A stretch of DNA of 63,261 nt, filler included, from Squatina squatina (GCA_031763465.1; 4 parts of 4 records of this genome joined end to end with filler, not necessarily neighbours in it), one strand, 5' to 3'. Shown: positions 26,259 to 40,564, counted from the whole stretch's first letter. Numbers and translations are program-made. The notes: a model not told the origin generated them from the sequence alone.

Positions 26259-26460
26259 TACCCACAAACCATCTCTACGGGCAAAGGCGCACCTACATTA
26301 CAAGGTCAAAGGCTCATTACAGCAGGGAGGCAGTGACAGAGTGATGCTGTCTCCTAGAATTTGACCTCCAGCCATAGGGACCACTGTCAGAGACTGTCAA
26401 GGTCACCACAGCTCTGAACTTTTATGCATCTGGATCATTCAAGTTGCCAGTGGAGACATT
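26259..26460 (+). pseudogene. PIF/Harbinger transposase remnant
   Basis: From 26393: TVKVTTALNFYASGSF-(frameshift)-VASGDI, the HARBI1-like HTH-region motif. Confidence 0.7.
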
Positions 26461-26924
26461 TTAGGGTTATATACCCTGAAATTCTGATAGTTTCATAGGG
26501 CATAAACCCTACAGATCTATCTGGGAGCCAGAGGGGGAAATCCGACAGAAGCGAAGAAGGGTGTAAGATGTGCCCGCTCTAACTAAGCTGCAGCCATGCA
26601 AATGATGGCTTTATTTCATGATGACATCTTGAAATACATTTTCATCTTTGCCACCTTGGTGTTAAGCATCGCCTAGGCAGCGGGCAGAAAATAAAATTTG
26701 GTGATGAGGATCGCACACAGCAAACAGAATCCCCTGNNNNNNNNNNNNNNNNNNNNNNNNNNNNNNNNNNNNNNNNNNNNNNNNNNNNNNNNNNNNNNNN
26801 NNNNNNNNNNNNNNNNNNNNNNNNNNNNNNNNNNNNATTTTCAAAAAGTCCCATTTCCAGCGCTAAATTCAGCACTTAACGCTAGAAACTTAAAAAACCC
26901 GAATTGGCCACCCTTTATCTTGTA

Positions 26925-26990
26925 ACACTCCTGTGAAGCACCTTGGGACACTTTACTACATTAAAGCTGCTATATAAATACAAATTGTTG
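26925..26990 (+). mobile_element. L2 LINE 3' tail fragment
   Basis: ctcctgtgaagcaccttgggacactttactacattaaagctgctatataaatacaaattgttg matches the tails at ~40730-40800 and ~52110-52165 (reverse complement). Confidence 0.65.
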
Positions 26991-29742
26991 GTGGCGGTTT
27001 GCAATGCTATCAAGAGCCATTTTACCTTAATACTTGAGCCCCAGATTTTGTTGGTAGTATTTGAGGAGGCTTCACGTTGATGATAACCATTTTTTGGCAG
27101 TTCAATTGAACATGGTTATTTAATGATAGTTTGGATTCCTACTTGTAGGTTAATGACTGCAGACTGTAGTTAGTACAAGTCATTAAGCGCTAATTAATCT
27201 CAGGTTTAAAAGCCACAATGGCAGAAAAACTGCTCATTTGTAATTTTAATAATAAATTTAAGTACTTAGTGTATGGATAGGGATGGGAATGAACCCAAGG
27301 AAAGGAGGAAGTGTCACTTTACAAAGTCTTAAGAAATATATGCTGAAAGGCAATATTTAAAGTACTCTGGCCTCACCAACCAGTTTGTGCTAATCTAAAA
27401 TATGTGCTTAATTGCAAAGTGACTGAGCTATTGCTTCTGACCCTGAATGTAACATTATTCAACAATTATGCTCCTGCCTCTGTTCCAGATACCATCCTTT
27501 CATTAATCAGGCAGTGGTCAGTTATTCAGTAAGCAATTTAATTCAAGAACCATCGTTTTAAAAGTGCATCAAAAATCAATTTTAATGTGGGCATTTAATC
27601 CTTTTTCCAGTAGCCGGCTCCCAGTTTCCTGACCCAGACCCCATTGATTCTGTAATGTTAATTTGACAGAAATAAATGTTATTTTTTGGCATCCAAACTT
27701 TCAGGCTGAAGCTAGAAGGATAGCAGACAAAAGCAGCTGATTTCTCATTTCCTTTTGTGACCCATTATCTGGCTTCTTCGCAGAGCAAAGTGACCTGGGA
27801 TACCTGCCCTGGGTGAGCAATAGACCCATTTATTTATTTTCTGGTTCACATGTATGCCTGTTTCAAAGCTAAGAAAAGAGAAGATACATAAATATGGGCA
27901 AAAGCACTCTATTTTCATCGCAACAAGATTTTTGCATTCATATCTTTAACAGCTCAGACACTTTATATGTCCAGGATAATTTTATTGTGTTACCCTGGTA
28001 CTCAGTTCCAGAACTTCACAATAGTTGTACTCATCTGTGACATACTCATTGTCTTCAATGCAAGTTTGTTAAGTGCTCCATTAGCTGCTTGAGAAGTGCT
28101 AAAGGATCATTATTACATTATGCATTGTGATTGGCTGCTGGCTTTTCGTTGTTATGAACTGAATTACATTCTCAAAAATTACGAGGTTCAAAGCCACACA
28201 TTCCTGAAAATTTGGCAGTAATTTATTACTTCTACTGAAAAGTGAATACTTCTGATTTTCAGTAAAAGAGAAACATTGGGTCTAGTGAGGCCAAACCCTG
28301 CTCTCCTCAGTCTGGACTATATTGAAGTCCAGGTTTGAAAGGTAAAAGGGTTGTAACCCATTGAGAAACAGCTTAGGGGTTTCAAAGCTTCTTATGGAAT
28401 TAAATTGGATTTGATAGATATGCTTTTTAAGCATTTATTTTCCACTGTTTGCTAATTTTAGTGTAAGGTAGATGTGAGAATAAAACAGGGAACACCACTC
28501 TATACTCAAGTCTACTTTCTTTGCTAAAGTTAGTGACTGGCGGAAAATATCCTTTAAAGTTTTTTTTTTAGGAATTTTAATATGGGGATATGAGATAACT
28601 TTATATTTTGAGATATACAGTTTTGAAAGTCCACACATTCCTATTCTAAAAGGAAATCTTGGCGAGGACTGCAAATGACGTGCATTCTTTCCATAGGAGA
28701 CTCTATGCTCTGGCAGTGTCCTTTCTCTCCCCTCATTTAAACTAAAACACAGCTTTTGAAACAAGTGCAGGATTTACAACATCCCAAGGAATTACAGTTC
28801 TTTCTATGTGGGAGTGAATCAGTATGCATCAGCCTGGCATCCTGCAAAACTTGCTGACACTCGTTCTTATCATATATACCTTTCACTTCCCCCATAGAGC
28901 CTCTGCTGTCCATTAACAATCATCCATGTATATTCTGTGGAGTAGAAAATCCAAGGGCTAGGCATTCACTGGTGCTNNNNNNNNNNCAAAGATGTTCAAG
29001 CTGACATCCAGAGATACAGGACTAGATCAAGAATATACCTAAAACTCTGGTAAGAGCTAGGAGCTTGAGAACCATAAGATGTTCTAAGCTAAAAAATGTA
29101 TTGCACTGGCTACAGTTTATCCCTCAAAACTAAAGTTCCAGCTTTCATTTCTCATTCTTACCTTTATGAAGCTGGGCTCTGATGTAAATTTAAAGTTACA
29201 TGAAGTTAGTGAGTATTCCTTAATTCCTTAATTGTCAAAAATGAAATTGAATGCAATATATATTTAATTAGCAATATAGTTACCTGTTCATTTACGGCAA
29301 ACGTAAACTGCTCGAGCTTCCCTCTGCACTTTATGATGGCAGCTGGACCTCAAAATTCCATTGATGCCTCATAACTCACCAAGAAGTATCCATTACCTGA
29401 ATGGCATCTTTCAGTGCTGTAAATTCTATTATTCTAAGGTATGTTCAAGGGACTGGTGTCATAATAGATCATTCTGGATCTGGATCCTTCTGCACCAGGT
29501 TTAAGTCATATTGGAAGTGTAAAGCCTTGTGAAAAAAAATCACCAAGAATATTCCATAAACAAGGATTCACTTTATTTATTAGCATTTGTTTTTCACAAC
29601 GTACATATGTAAAATCAAAAGTTTTGCTTTTAGTGCACATCCATAATATACAAGAAAAGCCTGTCACACTTTGAATTGTTGCACAGGTAAAATATTCATC
29701 ACACAGCACCTAACTGGTTTATTGTATTCGTTAACTTTTAAT

Positions 29743-29842
29743 NNNNNNNNNNNNNNNNNNNNNNNNNNNNNNNNNNNNNNNNNNNNTTAATTAATTAANN
29801 NNNNNNNNNNNNNNNNNNNNNNNNNNNNNNNNNNNNNNNNNN
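29743..29842. other. Artificial scaffold linker N44-TTAATTAATTAA-N44
   Basis: Identical structure; 12-mer at 29787-29798. Confidence 0.95.
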
Positions 29843-30612
29843 CTCATCCGTCATCTGCAGGAAGCTGAACTGCTATCTGAAGGCTTGGAGAGCATATGTC
29901 CTTCGATGTCGGCTTCCTCTCCGCCCTCTTGGAGGATGCTGTAGTGGTCTGGTCTGTGCCAACATTGGTTGAGCTGGCTCTGACAAGTCAGCGGGTTGTT
30001 GGGCGTGTTCATGATAAGGAGCTGGTACTGCCACCTCCTCCCTACCCTCACTTTGCACTGGGCTCGTCTCTCTCTGCTCCAAAAGGAGCCGACACCTGTG
30101 CCTGAGGTACCCCATGTGATGTCGGTGGTTCCCAGTCCACCGCTAGAGCAGCCCCCATGGCCAATTTGTACCGATCTGATCAGCAACTAAGTGCTCAGCT
30201 AAAGGCAATGTTTAGTGAGGGAAATGCAGCTGACGACTTGCAAGCAATGCCTCCAATGCGATTCAAGCACCAACAATGCGATATAGGCTTCCAAGGTGTG
30301 CAACACACCTGGCCCTTTAAACAGTACCAAAAAGCGATGGAGGGAGTGTGTCACTGCCCGAGAAACTGGGCGGTGTCACCTCTACTTTAAAGGTTTTAAA
30401 TGGAAGCAAATTCATTGTCAGGCGGCCATTTTGGGTGCTGTGCCTGATGATGACGTCATGAACACCATCCAACGCCCGACGCCAAGCTTCCAGCACCCAC
30501 TTAGCGCCAGTGCTGGCTCGATGCCAATTCAGTATCGGAGCGCCTTGGGCAATAGACTCCTGGCGCCTGTTTAATGCTCATTTTGCGCTTGCACTGGCAA
30601 ACCAATTGGACA
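29843..30612 (-). mobile_element. Left part of a Harbinger transposon with decayed transposase N-terminus
   Basis: Minus-strand frame from 30115 reads ...PPRGRRGSRHRRTYALQAFR*QFSFLQMTDE (cf. 'RRRPYxxRVYRxRxSFLxMTEEQC'). CpG-rich subterminal region with gcggccatttt at ~30420-30610. Confidence 0.65.
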
Positions 30613-32639
30613 TCCGCGATCTTTGCTCTCTCCTATACAATGCTGAATGGTGAAGCATTACTGGAGAGGGACTCGAGAATATAATATATACAGATAAAGG
30701 TGATAGCTGCTGACTAAGCTAATAAATGTATATTAAAAGAACCATGAGCTGTGCTATCTTTAATTGCTGTTCCTCACTCTTGGGCTTCAAATTATTAATA
30801 AGCACAAAATGAAACTGATCCATTTCTGACTAATTCCAAGTTTGAAATTGTGCAGCATTTCAAGCCCACACATTCCGCAAGTCTGACATTACCTCTGCCG
30901 AAACCAATTTCAATATTGCCAACTGTATAGTAAATATTAATTAACATTTCAAGTATTAAAGTATGAGACAGGATGTGTTATCTTCAGTTCAGAAATAATA
31001 TATCTTGTAATTTAAGGATTGAGTTGCTAATCCGGCAGAAGCAGTTGAATGTGTTGTTTTTGTAAAGCTGTGTTTAATTCTCATGTTTACATGGTAATAA
31101 TTACCATTGATACTAACTTTTTAAATTTACTAATCTTAGGATTTAGAAAAGGCTATCATTAGTCCAAAGCCATAATAAAATGCATATTTCCATCAATATT
31201 TGGACTCTAAGATGTAAATTATTACACCCTGGCTTGTAGAATTGGTCTTGTAGATTCAATGATGCTTGGAGTTTTTTGCTTCAGGTAGCAAAATGAGTCA
31301 TCAGTTACTTCTGGGAAAATTGAGCAAGTTTCCTTCCATAATCCTATGCGCATTTCAAATTTGCATATTAATACACTACCTGATGTTTTGACACTAAGGG
31401 CAGGAAAAATCAAGGGGCATAAAATTCCAGTTTGAAGCTTGGNNNNNNNNNNNNNNNNNNNNNNNNNNNNNNNNNNNNNNNNNNNNNNNNNNNNNNNNNN
31501 NNNNNNNNNNNNNNNNNNNNNNNNNNNNNNNNNNNNNNNNNNGCCTAAATTTGTCAACTAAAAATTGTCGAAGATGATATACTTCCACAGCCAGCCAGTT
31601 TTAGTAAACCTTTCCAGGACGGATGCTGACCTCGACAACATATCTGCCATAACAAGAATAGATCTTTATTTTAAAGTATAAAATTAATAAATGCAAAAAG
31701 TTATAATTTATAAAATTTTAAACATCTCTGGTCTAGAATTATTAATCTACACATATTTGCAATCTATAACTCTAATCATTGCAGGCAGAGCAGAACATTG
31801 TAGTAATTCTGCATAAATATAATTCACTTCAACATCAATAGACATATGATAACGTAACCCAGAAGGCAGAGGTGACGCTTCTGTTTTGGTTTCGAAACTC
31901 CAATCAAATCTGTTAGGTCATGACACTGAGTGTGAATAACAAAGTACTTCAGTGCAATGGAAATCTGATGTTACACAGAAAGAGGATGCCCTTCGAGTTG
32001 ATTACAGAATGCCTTTCAGAATATAAATGAGCATTCGTGCCTTTATGTTCGGATTTGCCTTCTACATTCTTCAGATATATTCCACATAAAGGGACCCTCA
32101 ATGAGCTATAGTGCAGAAGGTCCTTACATTTAGAAAATGCTGCTGCATAAGTTTGCTGAACAAATAATTCCCTGAAATCTTTGTTTCTACAGATACCATT
32201 AAATCTTAAGGTGCCTCTGTTTTGTTAAATTGCAATGTGATGCCAACTTAACTATGTTCAGTGGGATTATGAGAATAAATGAAATGCTTTTGTCTAATTT
32301 GGGTTTGTAGCTGTCCCTTTAATTCCAGTCACAGTACATAAGCAGTTTAGAAACCAACTGTAGTTCAGATACTTGCGCAAAATTTATGGAAGGAGATTCA
32401 GGCTGGCTACGTTATGGGCTTGTGATCCTTCTACCCGATGTTCCTCTGTGCGCAAGTCAATGGAAATGAAAATTGAGTGAGATGTATATCAGGCAGCTGC
32501 TCCGATATCACCCGTTTTACATTATCGACCAAAGTCAACATTACCCCTGTTCTATTCAAATCAAAGAGTCTGTTGAAAATCTCAGATAAGGAACTAATCA
32601 ATTTGAAACTTCTGAAAGACAGGAAAATTAATTTCCATG

Positions 32640-33510
32640 AAAGGGTATACATTCTTTCTTACCCCAACTGTTGATTTAATCCTCTCCATCAGTTTCCTAT
32701 CCACTCTAACAGCACCCAGGGACTTGTTATAGATGTTTCCTATCAATCTGACAAGTTTCTCAGGAATACTATACATCCTCAAGACATGCCATATCCCTTC
32801 TCGCCATACACTGTCAAAGGCCTGCTTAAAATCTATGAAGTTGTTTTAACAATGGATGTTCTGTTCTATAAATTACTCCAAAATCTGTCCTATCATAAAC
32901 AGTCCATCTATCGTACTTTGTCCTGGTCTAAAACCAACCTGTTCTTTATGCAGTATCACTGCTATGTATCTTTTCGTTCTCCTCTGCGGTGTCTTAGTAA
33001 TTACTTTTCCAAGTATACTCAGTAAGCTGAATCCTCCAAAATTGCGGCATTTGTTCATCTCCTTTTTGGAAGATTGGTATTATTATTACCTTTCCCCAGT
33101 CTTCAGGTGCCGGCTCTTCACAAATTTTGTTTAAACAGCCTTGCATCACTTTCACAGTATGTTGCTCACCTACCTGCAGCAACTGTGCAGTAACATTACT
33201 GATACCAGGAGCCGCCTTCTTTTTCAAACTATTGATAGAAATCTTCACTTCATCTCCAAGAAATCCAGCATTCTCTAGTTGTACAGGGTGATTTCTCCAG
33301 AACTGATTCATCCACCATTCTCCGCACATTGTATAGATCTTCAAAATATCCACGTGTTCCTCGCATGTTTGTCCTCAATTACCTCATCAGTTTGGTCTTT
33401 CACTATAACCATTTTAAGTTTGTAAGATTCACTTTGTTCTCTTATCTTCCAATACAATCCCTGTGTTTTGCTTCTTTTGGTGTAATCTTCTGTTTCTTTT
33501 CACAATTGTA
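32640..33510 (-). mobile_element. Decayed RTE-clade LINE (linker + RT)
   Basis: Frameshifted motifs GYFEDLYN, KKAAPGISNVTAQLLQ, PEDWGKVIIIPIFQKGD, SLLSILGKV, EQVGFRPGQSTID and YSIPEKLVRLI...STVGVR. Confidence 0.9.
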
Positions 33511-33514
33511 AATA

Positions 33515-33780
33515 GAAGATCAAAATCAAGTGTTGCCCTGCAGATCCTTTGTGGCCAACATCAGCTCTGACCGTAAGTTAGTTCTGGCATCGGCAAGGCT
33601 GAGAATGAGAGCTGCTGGAAAAGCATTCAAAACAAAAATCTGAGATTGGGACACATTGAAAGAACCTGACATCAGAAACAAGTACAAAGATGTTGAGAGA
33701 AACAGCATAACTACTATGTGAAGAAATGGATGTCGCAGAGATGTGGACCACCATCAAAAATGTAGTCCATCGAGCTCTCT
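33515..33780 (+). mobile_element. RTE LINE endonuclease C-terminal segment, inverted relative to the rest of the element
   Basis: Plus frame CRSFVANISSDRKLVLASARLRMR...*DWDTLKEPDIRNKY, then DVAEMWTTIKNVVHRA (cf. 'RSFPGADIGSDHxLV'). Confidence 0.7.
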
Positions 33781-36002
33781 TTTTCCACAGTCTATGGTTG
33801 ACTATGTTAACCATGAAGGCCTTCCACCCCAAACTTCGATGCTGTCTTTCTAACCCCATTTTAATAAANNNNNNNNNNNNNNNNNNNNNNNNNNNNNNNN
33901 NNNNNNNNNNNNNNNNNNNNNNNNNNNNNNNNNNNNNNNNNNNNNNNNNNNNNNNNNNNNNNNNNNNNATGCACTGATTGCAAAGCTTCAGTGATACTTA
34001 TTTGGATCCTTATTGGGATCAAATGAAATAAAACTTCCTCGAATGGAATATGGTTGCAGTGGAATCTTTTATTGCTGGTAATTGCTTTTGACTGTTCCCA
34101 ATCACAACTAAGATATACACTATTATCTGTTAGCAATTCTGTTATTTTTGAGACCAATGCCAGCAACTCTGGAGTTTTTATTAAATGTCCGAATCAATTT
34201 TATCCACAAAGCTGCTTTCCAGTTTCACGGTATTGTTGGCAACCAACAGCTGTTGTTTCAGAGACAACAGACTAAAAAGATTCATCAGGTAACATTCTGC
34301 TTCAAACCAACCTCACTGCTCCTAGAAACAGCTTGTTGCCAGATAACTGCAATGTATTGTTTATAGCACAATTCAATAAAACTTGAAGAACCATTGTTCT
34401 CTATGTAAGAAACCCAAAGGTCCTGATTCAGAGCTGTACAGCTTTGGATCTATATCCACCAGCAGTAATCAATCACAAGATATAATCACAGATGGAACTA
34501 AACCACATGCCCTTTTATCAGTGAGGCACAGAGATGTGAAAGGGAAACAAAGCTACTACAGAGAACTGACCTTAGCAGAACTCACCATGCCACAAAGAAC
34601 CAAAAGGTCTGCACTTTGCAGCAATTTGTGTTTCTATATGGAGACAGGTTCTGTGTCAGGAACTGAAGTGTCTCAAAATACGAGAAGAATGTACAATTGG
34701 ACCAGACTTGTTTCTTATGACATTCTGACATGTTTATGTCTATCATATATTCCAGATCTTGAGCTGAATTCAGATATTGTTTTCCTTAATGTCAGAGTAA
34801 TTTGTAGAAATTGTAAGCACTGGCAACTATATAAGTGCCANNNNNNNNNNNNNNNNNNNNNNNNNNNNNNNNNNNNNNNNNNNNNNNNNNNNNNNNNNNN
34901 NNNNNNNNNNNNNNNNNNNNNNNNNNNNNNNNNNNNNNNNGCTACTAATAGCCAGCATGAGTAAGACTGACAGCTTGTCCATAATATAGAAATGAGGCAC
35001 AAACCCGGAAATGGTTCATGCCTTTCGCTCATGCCACCGGGCAGGTGCCATACAGTGGGGGCCCATTTTGGGAGTCAGTTGAAAATCTTCCCATCTGATT
35101 TTCTTTTTTAAAAGCCCTCAGTCATCAAGATTACATGCTTGTATTTTAATAGGATATTACTATTTTTAGTTTCAAATGGCTCTGCCCAGAATTAATGAGC
35201 AGGTGAGCATTCCACACGTGACTTGTTTAAATGACTTTGCACCTTATAACGGTGCAGTGTCTTACCTGTTAATTATGATTGATGGCTCTTAAGCTTTGCA
35301 TTATTGTCTTATTCACTTGGAACAGAGGGAGGTTAGCTTTGCCTACTGTGATGGATTCCACCTTAAACTGCAGATTCTGTTTTATTGCCACAAAAGTAAT
35401 TGGACAAATTCAGTCATGAAATGGTTATTGATGGTAGAGGAGATTTTTAACTGAAAGGAAATGAACTAATGAGAAAATGTAGGCGTTCTCTTGCATTAGC
35501 AAATACACTTCACATCCCAGTTATTTTTAGCCTGTATTCCTGGCCCAGCGCCCTTGGATCAGACAAGCCTNNNNNNNNNNNNNNNNNNNNNNNNNNNNNN
35601 NNNNNNNNNNNNNNNNNNNNNNNNNNNNNNNNNNNNNNNNNNNNNNNNNNNNNNNNNNNNNNNNNNNNNNAATAAAGAATTTCAATTATATAACTCCCTT
35701 TATGAAATTAGTGCTAATGGGCACTAAGCTTTAAAATGATTGTGAAAATTAATCAGTTGGACTGAATACTGGTGTGGCAATAAAACAGATTTCACGTTTT
35801 TCAACGAGTCACATCGTCTAATTTTTATTTCACTGAATTAATGTTGTGTTATATTAGGAATAAGAGCACTAATGCATCCATTTAAAGCTCCTCTATCTGC
35901 TTTTAATTAAAATAGCCAGCAAAGGAATTACTTACAATGCACTTACAGATTTGTCATTAATATCACAGTGTGATTTCAGCTCAATGCACTTGTCTCTTCT
36001 AG

Positions 36003-36083
36003 ATCAGTTCTATTACACCGTTTGTACTGATAAGATGGCTTCCCATCGACACAACTCTGTGGTTTCGTCAGAATTGGATTCAG
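36003..36083 (+). other. Weak candidate 81-nt exon with GC donor
   Basis: cacttgtctcttctAG acceptor and CAG|GCAAGT donor; length is a multiple of 3; two frames open; no recognised protein. Confidence 0.15.
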
Positions 36084-37548
36084 GCAAGTTGGCGGCCTCC
36101 CAAGGCTTCATCTTGACTGTCGTCAGTGCCAAGCAAAGTTTGAAAAGTTCTAATGGACCAGCTGTTTTCAAACCTTACTTTAAATCTTCTTAATGTCGGA
36201 AGCCATTGTCTGTTTTTTGTGTATTCTGGAATCAAATCAAGACCTAACTTAGAAATTATTCTACCACTTTTTCATCGATATGAAATGAAAACCACTTTGC
36301 ATGGAATGCAGAAATGGCAGAATTACTGGATGTAAAGACAATAGCAGCCGCTATTGGCAATAGCAAGTGATAAATGTACATATAAATGAACACCTTCCCA
36401 TACTTAACAAAAAGCTATCAACATTCAGGTTACAGCTTGTATTTCTAAGCATTTTTACAAGATATTCAATTTGTTTTCTCAGTGATACTCCATTTGTCAA
36501 GTAAATTGACTCCTTTTTTTTGCCAATGAATACCAAAGTAGTATTTTTCATCAGGATGTAAGCTTCCATTCTGAAGCATTTTGTACTTACCTAGTCCATT
36601 CAGTTATAAGTGAATTTCTATTGTCCAAGAGTCCTAATTTGTATTGGCCTCCGGCTGCAAAAGCTCGCAAGTCTGACAGAAATAAAATGCAAATACATAC
36701 ATGACTTTGTGTTCTTGCGTTGCACAGACATTATTGTAATGGCTCCCTCTATGGGATATGCATTGGCCAATTATACTTCACTATTCTTCTACATTTTCCC
36801 CTTCACCTGATAGACGTAACTTGCATTAGTTTTCAAAGGCATTAAATGTCAAACTACAACTACATCTTCACTTGATAGGTTATAATGATCATTTTAAATT
36901 ACTTTGTAAAAGCTGGGCCAAATGCATCATTAACCTTTGGATAACTTCAACAGAATTCTTCATGCAAAATCTAATAAGCTTACAAACTTTTTAAACTATT
37001 GTACACTAGTTGATCTCCCATGGTGTTGCTCACCAATACTCTGAAGTTTTGAGAGAGCTCTGTTTACCATGAAGGTGGAGATGCATTTAAACTTGCCTGT
37101 TACTTAAGGACTGTACTCAAATAGTCCATGAGAAGTGATCTAAATAGTCACATTCTGAGTATTTCTTAGAGATTAATTATTGATGGAATTTTCTGTAGAT
37201 TGGCTTCTTGTAAATCCACAATCTAGCCTTTTGAATGATACCAAGTTATCATGGCCAGAAAATCGAGCAAATTTTATTGGCTTCCTTTCTCTTTGTCTTA
37301 TAAATGTAACACTTTGAAGTGTAATTGTGATGTGTGATGGGCACACACAAAGCACAAGATTATCTAGCTACAGACCTGCTAGTGTATTATTAAAAATATG
37401 GCATATGACATGCACTTCCTGTCCATATTAACCTTACTTTTGAGTCATNNNNNNNNNNNNNNNNNNNNNNNNNNNNNNNNNNNNNNNNNNNNNNNNNNNN
37501 NNNNNNNNNNNNNNNNNNNNNNNNNNNNNNNNNNNNNNNNNNNNNNNN

Positions 37549-37677
37549 GAAGGGAATAGAGGATTATGCTGATAGACTTAGATGAGGAAAGACGAGAGGA
37601 GGCTCGAGTGGAGCATAAACGCCGGCATGGACTGGTTTGGCCAAATGACCTGTTTCTGTGCTGTATATCCTATGCAA
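37549..37677 (+). mobile_element. CR1-type LINE 3' end
   Basis: aagggaatagaggattatg...ggcatggactggtttggccaaatgacctgtttctgtgctgtatatcctatg. Confidence 0.8.
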
Positions 37678-40564
37678 CAGGTGTTTAATTAACCCAGCAC
37701 ACCCCTAATAGAGGGGTAGGGTACTTTCTACAGTCAGCCTCAGGAGACCAGTTTGGTTCATATTGCAGAGCACATTGTGAATTTGTTCTATTTCCTCATA
37801 CCATGGCGTAACCTGGAGTCCACACAGCTATGATGCAGTTCCCATTTATGATCTTTAATTAAATCCTGATCTTCAAATGCAATCTCATCATGATTTTGCT
37901 AAGTCTGTGCACAGCATACTGCATATGGAAATATTTTCCGTTATGTTTCCGCAGCTGTTTGGAAATTGTTGCGGGGGCAGCACAAATTAGCATTTTTGCA
38001 CAATTGTACATTATGGAGATATACACAAGGCATACTTCAAAAAATATGATTTGTATTTGTGATAAATATGATGTGCTTTTGGAAAATAAGTATCCATTGG
38101 TTATATTAAATATAGTTTGCTAAATGCAGTTTTGTTTTCAAAAGTGACCATGTGTTTGCACATCCAGATTTTCAGTGGTAAATACACTGTTACACTTCAG
38201 TAATTGCTCCAAGTAATAGTTCACAACTAAAACTTCTACTTAATATCATGCATTTCACTTTTGCATTGTTTAACACTGTCTCCATTTTTATTTTAACATG
38301 TGCTGTTACGGTAAAGTGGACCTAAGTGTCCCATATATAGTTACTTCATTCTTAAAAATGCTTCAATGTTACTGGTTCTCCAAGAAATCTTGGGCAATTT
38401 TTCTCCAAAACACTTCCTTCAAGGTTAGTTATATTATAACCATTATTTTCAACCGACTGAGAATGGTGCAGTGTCACCAACTGTTTATCTGACTTATTTG
38501 ACCTTTCAGCCACTGCTCCAGAAATAGAAGATGCTTGGTCCTATTAGGTGTACTTGATTGACACAGATTTGTTCCGAGGTATTTGTCAGCTTGTTATCAT
38601 GCTTCTGAGGGCAACATCCCTAAGAACATAAACCCTCGCTAACTCTGACTACAATCAATAAAGGTCATCATTATTTGTCAAGGATGAACCAAAAGATTAT
38701 GGCAATGAAGTGGCCTTAGTTTTATATGCTTAAGTAAATCTATTTGTAGAATAAACATTCTTTATCAACGTTGGAAAGTACTAATGATGTAGTCAAATAT
38801 TCAGATAGTTGGCAATTTTGCTGCCCAATTAATGCCAAGCAGAACTTGGTACTTTTGTGGTATTAACAACACTCTGCATATTCAGATATCTATTTAACAC
38901 AGTGGCAAAAGTTCACCACAAGACAATACCAGTTATCCAATTACCATTTGAAGCCTCTTAATCCATCAGTGCTGTAATTCACATTCTAATTAGGTTTTAT
39001 TATCAGTGGTACACTTACATCTGTGAATTTACGGCTGCATTTAAAAAAAAACATAAAATGTCCAATACAAGTGTTTATATCACACTTGAGCATCATGAAA
39101 GAGTACAATGATTTTTCTTCAAATGTTGCTGCTTAGTTTGCTACGCAATTATCTTATTTTGATTACATTATAATATTCCAGTGTTCGGAAAACCTTTAAT
39201 TACAACAGTTTGTGGAGAAAATAACAGACATGTTTAAACTGTACTACTCTGCTGGACCAATAAACAGGTTAGAATTGATGAAACAGTCTCTTGGTTCAAA
39301 TTAGATTCTTAGCTGTGAAAAAATATTTATAGGAAATCTTTGCTGAGAGTTCTTAATAGCAAGAGCTGCATGTTGTCCGTTGGCAAAAATACAACCCTTC
39401 CTTGGTGCTGTTTTGATGATATCAGCCCAAGCCTGCAATTCCAATAATCTGACAAGACCTCAAAGTGATGACTGGCAGGACTCAGGCTTATTGGTTCACA
39501 GCTCAATATATCCAGGAAAAATCTTGAAGAGTAGCACACAGGTTGTTGGCCCTCCATGCCTCGAAGGAGGCCTGTAATATTGACATCATCTGTCTCAATT
39601 AGTTTTCAGGTGCAAGTAGACTGCTTCTCACTCTGCACTTCTAAAAAAAATCTATCGTTATGCTATAGAGGCCCACTTTTTAAAAAAAACTCATTTTCTC
39701 CCTATCTCTGGAGCCAGCTTTAGGGTTTTAATACCCAGCAACCCTAATGTTTGCTGGATCCATGTTGACTTTTCNNNNNNNNNNNNNNNNNNNNNNNNNN
39801 NNNNNNNNNNNNNNNNNNNNNNNNNNNNNNNNNNNNNNNNNNNNNNNNNNNNNNNNNNNNNNNNNNNNNNNNNNGTTGCAAGGCACAATTACGGGTAAGC
39901 CTCGGGCCTCTGGCTTCTCGTGCAGCACCCAATGTGCTGCCTATTTCATGCACAGAATCAGGCCGAAATGAATTTTACCCTCTGTTTTAGATGTAAACTT
40001 TTTCTGGTTGGAGGTTACTGGAGTGTAAAGCTACTCCTGATGTTTTATTACTCTAATATTAATATTTGTTGCAAAATATCAGTGCTTAATCTGTAAAGTG
40101 GAAATAAAATGGCTGGCCAATGAGCACCATGATTTCCAAGGATTTCACATCAACTTGAGTGTTAAAATATAGCACTTAGAGTGTATCACATCACCATCAT
40201 CAGCTGAGAAATGTATTTAAAATTTGATTTGATGTTCATCTTTCACCTACAATATTGAATGATATTTTCACTCAGAATGGTAACACAAGGGATATTTTAG
40301 TAAGCATGCTCAAAGACCTCAAAAGAGCAATCTTTATTTGCTGCTCTCAGCATTCATCTTTCCCACTTGTCAAAAGTTATTACCAGTAAATAGCAGAGCT
40401 GTCTGCCTTCAATGCTGATTTAAGGGGCATCTGCATTTTCTGAACGTGATCAACATTGGGAAATGTAGGTGTCATTAACAGAAATTAACCCATAGTACAT
40501 CACAGACAAGTTTACTCATCTAGCTGTATATTCCTTCTGGGAGGAGGCGCTGGGTATATATTCA

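Noticed and set aside
34383-34840. ORF of about 150 readable codons
   Set aside because: No recognised domain or exon boundaries; compatible with chance.
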